Shown here in pieces: positions 58,683 to 64,000 of a stretch of DNA of 64,000 nt. Under the pieces are notes generated by a model. That model made no database searches. It saw only the letters and a list, made by a program, of their open reading frames with translations, and was not told the origin of the DNA. The DNA is taken from positions 158,070 to 222,069 of the IMG/VR virus record IMGVR_UViG_3300032050_000004. One strand, 5' to 3'. A program made the position numbers and the translations under genes. Each line of letters starts with the position of its first letter. Position 1 is the stretch's first letter.

Positions 58683-59036
58683 ATGAACCAAAAACCATTT
58701 ATAATAAAAAGAAATGATACATTGCCAGATTTGCAAATAAACATTAAAACAAGAAGTTGTATAAATGCCATTATACCTTTTGATTTGTCTAATGTAACAG
58801 GTTGCACATTTTCAATGATAGATGAGTGTGGTTCTGTTGTAATAGCTTCTAATACGGCTCAAGTAATTAATGCATCAGCTGGAACAGTTCAATATACTTG
58901 GTTGGAAGGGGATACAAGTATGAGTGGTAAATTTCAAGGAGAATTTGAATTGTTTTTTGACGATGGAAAAAAAATATCCATACCTAGCTTAGGGGGAATT
59001 GAAATATTCATAGATCAAGATATTAATAATTTATAA
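58683..59036 (+). CDS. BppU-like baseplate/Ig-type domain protein
   Basis: FIIKRNDTLP...GTVQYTW..GDT..SGKFQGEFE. Confidence 0.7.
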   Translation: MNQKPFIIKRNDTLPDLQINIKTRSCINAIIPFDLSNVTGCTFSMIDECGSVVIASNTAQVINASAGTVQYTWLEGDTSMSGKFQGEFELFFDDGKKISIPSLGGIEIFIDQDINNL

Positions 59037-59045
59037 ATAGAATAG

Positions 59046-59990
59046 ATGTCCGGTTATTACATAATACCTGTTGTTGGTGGTTCACAATTTAGCGGAGGTA
59101 CAGTATCTGGAGATACTAACTTTTTGTCTAATTTATCAGCTAATACTTTTTATTTAACCAATACACCCAATAACAATAATTCATCTAATTATGTACTTGT
59201 TTATAATAACACAACAAATGTAATTGAATACCGAGACGCATCCTCGATTGGAGTGTTGGGTAATTTCTTACCAATAAGTGGTGGGACTTTGACAGGTCAA
59301 TTAAACGTACCTTCAATTTCTGGAAGTTCAATAACTGGATTTACTTTTTATTCAGGATCAACTCCTTTACAAAATATATTCCCTTACAGTGGAACAAATA
59401 TAGGATCAGGATCAACTGGAATTTTTGCTCAGAAAAATAATGATTTATTAGAATTTAAAACCTTATCTGCTGGAACAAAAGTTTCAATAACAGGAACCTC
59501 TGATACTGTAATTATTTCAACATCCGGAATAAATAACTATTATATCCAAACCATTGCACCATCTGGAACTACAAATTCTCCACTATACGATGGAGATAGA
59601 TGGTTCAATACAGTTAACGGTTTAGAGTTTGTTTACATAGATGATGGTAATTCTTCCCAATGGGTTGAGATTTTTGCTGCGACACCACAGTATGAAAATT
59701 ACGGAACTTATGAAATAAATGTAAACTCTTTTAATTTATCATTCGATTATTTTTATTATGGAATTATTTATGATGGGGCAGTAAATTTATACTTACCGTC
59801 TTGCACTGGTTTAGATGGTAAAAAATTAACTATAAAAGATGAATTAGGAAATTGTAATCAATTAGGAAAAAGAATAAGAATATCTGGAGCAACAGGAGAA
59901 AATATAGATGGAAATAATTATGTGGATATGGCAATATCAAAAATGGCTTTACAAGTAATATCAAGATCAAATAACTGGTATATAATATAA
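59046..59990 (+). CDS. Tail-fibre-associated structural protein
   Basis: FLPISGGTLTG, LEFKTL.AG, GDRWFNT...GNSSQWVE modules. Confidence 0.65.
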   Translation: MSGYYIIPVVGGSQFSGGTVSGDTNFLSNLSANTFYLTNTPNNNNSSNYVLVYNNTTNVIEYRDASSIGVLGNFLPISGGTLTGQLNVPSISGSSITGFTFYSGSTPLQNIFPYSGTNIGSGSTGIFAQKNNDLLEFKTLSAGTKVSITGTSDTVIISTSGINNYYIQTIAPSGTTNSPLYDGDRWFNTVNGLEFVYIDDGNSSQWVEIFAATPQYENYGTYEINVNSFNLSFDYFYYGIIYDGAVNLYLPSCTGLDGKKLTIKDELGNCNQLGKRIRISGATGENIDGNNYVDMAISKMALQVISRSNNWYII

Positions 59991-59997
59991 AAAATAA

Positions 59998-61215
59998 ATG
60001 AGTTACATATTCAATAGCAATTCAACAGTTTCATTCGCAGATAATGCAACAATAGATGCATTCGGTAGACTTCGAGTTTCTGAAATTACTAGTTATTTAG
60101 AATTAAAATATTTATCTGATAAACAACCACTATTGGTAGATGAAATTATTAGTGGTTCTTCTACCTCTGCTTTTAATTCCAATAACTCAGAAATTAATAT
60201 GAATGTTTTTGGTTCTGGAGATCTTGTAATTAGACAATCGAAATATAGAGGAATATATCAACCCGGAAAGGGTCAATTGTTTGAAGCTAGTTTTTCTGAT
60301 TTTAATATTGAATCTGACGTTATAAAAAGGGTCGGATATTTTTCATCTTCTTTTGATATACCATATTCATCAACTCTAGATGGATTCTTTTTAGAATCAA
60401 ATGGAGTTGATAATTCAATATCATTTCAAATATGGAAGAAAGGTACTCAAATTTTTAGTGGTGGAACTGATTCTTGGAATAATAATGAATTTGACATTAC
60501 AGCATTAGATTGGAGTAAAACAAATCTTTGTTTAGTGGATTTTCAATGGCTTGGAGTAGGACGAGTTAGATTCGGATTAAATTTAAGTGGTATAACTTAT
60601 TTCTTTGCTGAGCATTCTGGTACTGGTCATTTGGATAATGTATATATGGTTTCTCCAAATCAGCCTATAAGATATGAAATAAGATCTTCTGGTGGTGCTG
60701 GACAATTCAATCAGATATGTTCTCAAGTAAGTATCGAAGGATCATTAAACTCACTAAATAAAACAGTTGGATTAAGTAATGCTACTGAGATAACATGTTC
60801 TACTTCAGGAGTTACATATCCTATAATAGGATATAGATTAAAAACTGGTTCTACATTTTCAAACGCTATAATTGATTATGTGGCTGTTTTACAAACAACA
60901 AACGATAATTATTTGGCAAGTATACAGTTTAATCCAACTTTAAGTTCTCAACCTTCATATACTGATGTAAATAATTCATCAATACAATATGCTGTTGGTA
61001 ATGGAACTATTACGGTTACTTCAGCTGGTCATATTATTTCTAACTATATAGGTAAAGCAGGAAGTTTAGGAACAGATAAATTTGATTATAAAGATAATTC
61101 AATAAAACCCGGAGTTGGAATAAGTGGAAACCAAGATACTGTTTGGTTTTGTGTTACTCCACTTTCAAATAATAGCAAATTCAGAACTTCAATAAACATA
61201 AATTACTTTGATTAA
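59998..61215 (+). CDS. Virion structural protein with lectin-like fold
   Basis: DAFGRLRVSE, IRQSK..YQPGKG, DFQWLGVGRVRFG motifs. Confidence 0.7.
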   Translation: MSYIFNSNSTVSFADNATIDAFGRLRVSEITSYLELKYLSDKQPLLVDEIISGSSTSAFNSNNSEINMNVFGSGDLVIRQSKYRGIYQPGKGQLFEASFSDFNIESDVIKRVGYFSSSFDIPYSSTLDGFFLESNGVDNSISFQIWKKGTQIFSGGTDSWNNNEFDITALDWSKTNLCLVDFQWLGVGRVRFGLNLSGITYFFAEHSGTGHLDNVYMVSPNQPIRYEIRSSGGAGQFNQICSQVSIEGSLNSLNKTVGLSNATEITCSTSGVTYPIIGYRLKTGSTFSNAIIDYVAVLQTTNDNYLASIQFNPTLSSQPSYTDVNNSSIQYAVGNGTITVTSAGHIISNYIGKAGSLGTDKFDYKDNSIKPGVGISGNQDTVWFCVTPLSNNSKFRTSININYFD

Positions 61216-61218
61216 AAA

Positions 61219-64000
61219 ATGCCAATAAATTTTCCAATAAATCCAACTATAGGTCAAACCTATACCTATGATTCGAAAACATGGGAATGGGAAGGTAGTT
61301 ATTGGAAAGCATTGGGGATTGTTCCCGCAAATGGTTCTTCTGGAACAAGTGGTAGTGCAGGTAGTTCTGGTACAAGTGGTAGTTCGGGTAGTTCAGGAAC
61401 TAGCGGTAGTTCGGGTAGTGCAGGTACATCAGGAAGTTCTGGTAGTGCAGGTACATCGGGTAGTTCAGGAAGTTCTGGTGAAAACGGAAGTTCTGGTTCA
61501 TCTGGTAGTGCAGGTACATCGGGCAGTTCAGGAAGTTCTGGTGCAAACGGCAGTTCTGGCTCATCTGGTAGTGCAGGTACATCAGGTAGTGCAGGTTCTG
61601 CTGGTACAAGTGGTAGTGCAGGTACATCGGGTAGTGCAGGTACATCGGGCAGTTCAGGAAGTTCTGGTGCAAACGGCAGTTCTGGCTCATCTGGTAGTGC
61701 AGGTACATCGGGTAGTTCAGGAAGTTCTGGTTCATCTGGTAGTGCAGGTACATCGGGTAGTTCAGGAAGTTCTGGTGTAAACGGAAGCTCTGGTTCATCG
61801 GGTAGTGCAGGAAGTGCAGGCACATCGGGTAGTTCAGGAAGTTCTGGTATAAACGGAAGTTCTGGTTCATCTGGTAGTGCAGGAAGTGCAGGCACATCGG
61901 GTAGTTCAGGAAGTTCTGGTGCAAACGGCAGTTCTGGTTCATCGGGTAGTGCAGGAAGTGCAGGCACATCGGGTTCATCTGGTAGTGCAGGTACATCGGG
62001 ATCTTCTGGTAGTTCTGGAGTTAACGGAAGCTCTGGTTCAGCAGGTACATCTGGGGTAGATGGTGCTAGTGGAACTTCTGGAACAAGTGGAACTTCAGGA
62101 TCATCTGGTAGTGCAGGTACATCAGGTTCATCAGGAAGTTCTGGTGCAAATGGAAGCTCAGGCTCATCAGGAATAAATGGAAGTTCAGGTTCATCTGGGA
62201 TAAATGGAAGTTCAGGTTCTTCTGGTAGTGCAGGTATATCGGGAAGTTCTGGTTCATCTGGGATTAATGGAAGTTCTGGTTCTTCTGGTGAAAATGGAAG
62301 TTCAGGCTCTTCTGGTAGTGCAGGTACATCAGGAAGTTCTGGTTCATCTGGAATAAATGGAAGTTCTGGTTCTTCTGGTAGTGCAGGTACATCGGGAAGT
62401 TCTGGTTCATCTGGTAGTGCAGGTACATCGGGTTCATCTGGTAGTGCAGGAACTAGTGGTAGTTCTGGCAGTGCGGGTACATCTGGTTCATCTGGTAGTT
62501 CTGGTATAAATGGTAGCTCAGGTTCATCTGGTAGTGCAGGTACATCGGGTTCATCTGGTAGTGCAGGAACTAGTGGTAGTTCTGGCAGTGCAGGTACATC
62601 AGGATCTTCTGGTAGTTCTGGTATAAATGGAAGTTCCGGTTCATCTGGAAGTTCTGGTACAAGTGGTAGTTCGGGTAGTGCAGGAACATCTGGTTCATCT
62701 GGTAGTTCTGGTACATCAGGATCATCTGGTAGTGCAGGAACTAGCGGTAGTGCAGGTTCATCAGGCACAAGTGGTAGTGCAGGTAGTTCAGGAACTAGCG
62801 GTAGTGCAGGTTCATCTGGCACAAGTGGTAGTGGAGGTAGTTCAGGTATAGATGGAAGTTCCGGTTCATCTGGAAGTTCTGGTACATCAGGATCATCTGG
62901 TAGTGCAGGAACATCTGGTTCTGCTGGTACATCCGGTTCATCAGGTAGTGCAGGTTCATCCGGCATTGATGGTGTGTCAGGCGGACAAAATTACTTTTTG
63001 AATTATTCGGTAACTCAAAGTCCTTTAACATATAAAGAATTAGGTCGTTTTACGACAGGTGCTGGTCAGCAAACGGTCGCAATTACTTTGACATCAAATC
63101 AACAAGATGTATTGTTTGGTGAGTTCATTACTGATGTTGGAGATCCAAATGTTTTGATTATACCAAATGGTATTTGGCACAGTTATGTTTATTGGACTAA
63201 ACCTACAGACCTTTCTGATTGTGAATATTATTTCACAATAACAAAAAGAGAATCTGGTGGTACAGAAACTTTGTTATTCACATCAGATAGTGTTAAAATA
63301 GGTTGGAATGGAAATAACACAACACCTGTTGAAACAAAAGCAAATGGTGTTGTTCCTACCAATATTTTGGACTTAACGGACAGATTAATAATTAGGGTTT
63401 ATGTAAATAACAATGATCCTCTCAATAGGCTTGTAACTTTTTATACTGAAGATGCTACATATTCTTATGTGGTCACAACTTTATCCACGCCATCTGGAAC
63501 ATCAGGCAGTGCAGGTTCATCTGGTACTTCTGGTTCATCTGGTAGTGCAGGAACAAGTGGCAGTGCAGGTTCATCTGGTACATCAGGTAGTTCAGGATCA
63601 TCTGGTACAAGCGGTAGTGCAGGTAGTTCTGGTATAGACGGAAGTTCCGGTTCATCTGGAAGTTCGGGCACAAGCGGTAGTTCGGGTAGTGCAGGAACAA
63701 GTGGTAGTTCGGGTAGTTCAGGAACTAGCGGTAGTGCAGGTAGTTCTGGTATAGATGGAAGTTCCGGTTCATCTGGAAGTTCGGGCACAAGCGGTAGTTC
63801 GGGTAGTGCAGGAACAAGTGGTAGTTCGGGTAGTTCAGGAACTAGCGGTAGTGCAGGTAGTTCTGGTATAGACGGAAGTTCCGGTTCATCTGGAAGTTCG
63901 GGCACAAGCGGTAGTTCGGGTAGTGCAGGAACAAGTGGTAGTTCGGGTAGTTCAGGAACTAGCGGTAGTGCAGGTAGTTCTGGTATAGATGGAAGTTCCG
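61219..64000 (+). CDS. Very long Gly-Ser-Ser/Ala collagen-like fibre protein, truncated at the window end (missing from ORF track)
   Basis: MPINFPINPTIGQTYTYDSKTWEWEGSYW, then about 550 aa of GXY repeats, a globular insert near 62970-63490, then more repeats; frame open to 64000. Confidence 0.85.
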   Translation, partial: MPINFPINPTIGQTYTYDSKTWEWEGSYWKALGIVPANGSSGTSGSAGSSGTSGSSGSSGTSGSSGSAGTSGSSGSAGTSGSSGSSGENGSSGSSGSAGTSGSSGSSGANGSSGSSGSAGTSGSAGSAGTSGSAGTSGSAGTSGSSGSSGANGSSGSSGSAGTSGSSGSSGSSGSAGTSGSSGSSGVNGSSGSSGSAGSAGTSGSSGSSGINGSSGSSGSAGSAGTSGSSGSSGANGSSGSSGSAGSAGTSGSSGSAGTSGSSGSSGVNGSSGSAGTSGVDGASGTSGTSGTSGSSGSAGTSGSSGSSGANGSSGSSGINGSSGSSGINGSSGSSGSAGISGSSGSSGINGSSGSSGENGSSGSSGSAGTSGSSGSSGINGSSGSSGSAGTSGSSGSSGSAGTSGSSGSAGTSGSSGSAGTSGSSGSSGINGSSGSSGSAGTSGSSGSAGTSGSSGSAGTSGSSGSSGINGSSGSSGSSGTSGSSGSAGTSGSSGSSGTSGSSGSAGTSGSAGSSGTSGSAGSSGTSGSAGSSGTSGSGGSSGIDGSSGSSGSSGTSGSSGSAGTSGSAGTSGSSGSAGSSGIDGVSGGQNYFLNYSVTQSPLTYKELGRFTTGAGQQTVAITLTSNQQDVLFGEFITDVGDPNVLIIPNGIWHSYVYWTKPTDLSDCEYYFTITKRESGGTETLLFTSDSVKIGWNGNNTTPVETKANGVVPTNILDLTDRLIIRVYVNNNDPLNRLVTFYTEDATYSYVVTTLSTPSGTSGSAGSSGTSGSSGSAGTSGSAGSSGTSGSSGSSGTSGSAGSSGIDGSSGSSGSSGTSGSSGSAGTSGSSGSSGTSGSAGSSGIDGSSGSSGSSGTSGSSGSAGTSGSSGSSGTSGSAGSSGIDGSSGSSGSSGTSGSSGSAGTSGSSGSSGTSGSAGSSGIDGSS
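63610..64000 (+). repeat. 117-bp tandem repeat (39 aa), at least 3.3 copies, exact at the 234-bp period
   Basis: Units start at 63610, 63727, 63844 and 63961 and alternate GAC/GAT. Confidence 0.9.

Noticed and set aside
61268-63905. 555-aa PDEP/PELP ORF and other short ORFs on both strands
   Set aside because: Shadows of the + strand collagen-like gene starting at 61219, which the ORF track omitted because it has no stop in the window
1-64000. Stop-codon reassignment (Lak/crAss-type recoding)
   Set aside because: Long genes translate cleanly in code 11; TAA, TAG and TGA all end genes; only one anomalous TAA; no suppressor tRNA seen
61219-64000. CRISPR array or DGR template/variable repeats
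   Set aside because: Repeats are in-frame coding units without unique spacers; no reverse transcriptase or adenine-specific repeat pair seen anywhere in the window

Overview
AT-rich (about 30% GC by eye) segment of a large T4-like myovirus (jumbo-phage type) genome, read with the standard genetic code. The host is very probably Bacteroidota, based on TTTG-N18-20-TAnnTTTG promoters, A-rich start contexts without Shine-Dalgarno sites, signal peptides followed by Gln, and a T9SS-cargo-like protein. The window contains a lysis-like cassette, DnaE, several tail-fibre/adhesin genes with Gly-Ser-Ser collagen-like repeats, the head module (protease, scaffold, major capsid), a CCA-adding enzyme, an Rnl1-type RNA ligase, four tRNAs without encoded CCA, neck and tail genes (gp13/14/15-like, two tandem sheaths, tube) and four homing-type endonucleases. 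Highlights: (1) tRNA-Leu(UAA) is split after U34 by a 709-nt group I intron carrying an HNH ORF in the P1 loop, with its own late-type promoter motif. (2) About ten unrelated genes, including the CCA enzyme, an ArdC-like protein and a PcfJ-like protein, share a TATTTAT upstream motif (one a near-variant) and a short LIKEE/RxLAGI helix, most with an [IL]xE site. This suggests a capsid-cargo tagging system that may deliver tRNA-repair and anti-defence proteins. (3) A single in-frame TAA interrupts a 1637-codon tail-fibre frame. All family assignments come from motif recognition by eye, not database searches.
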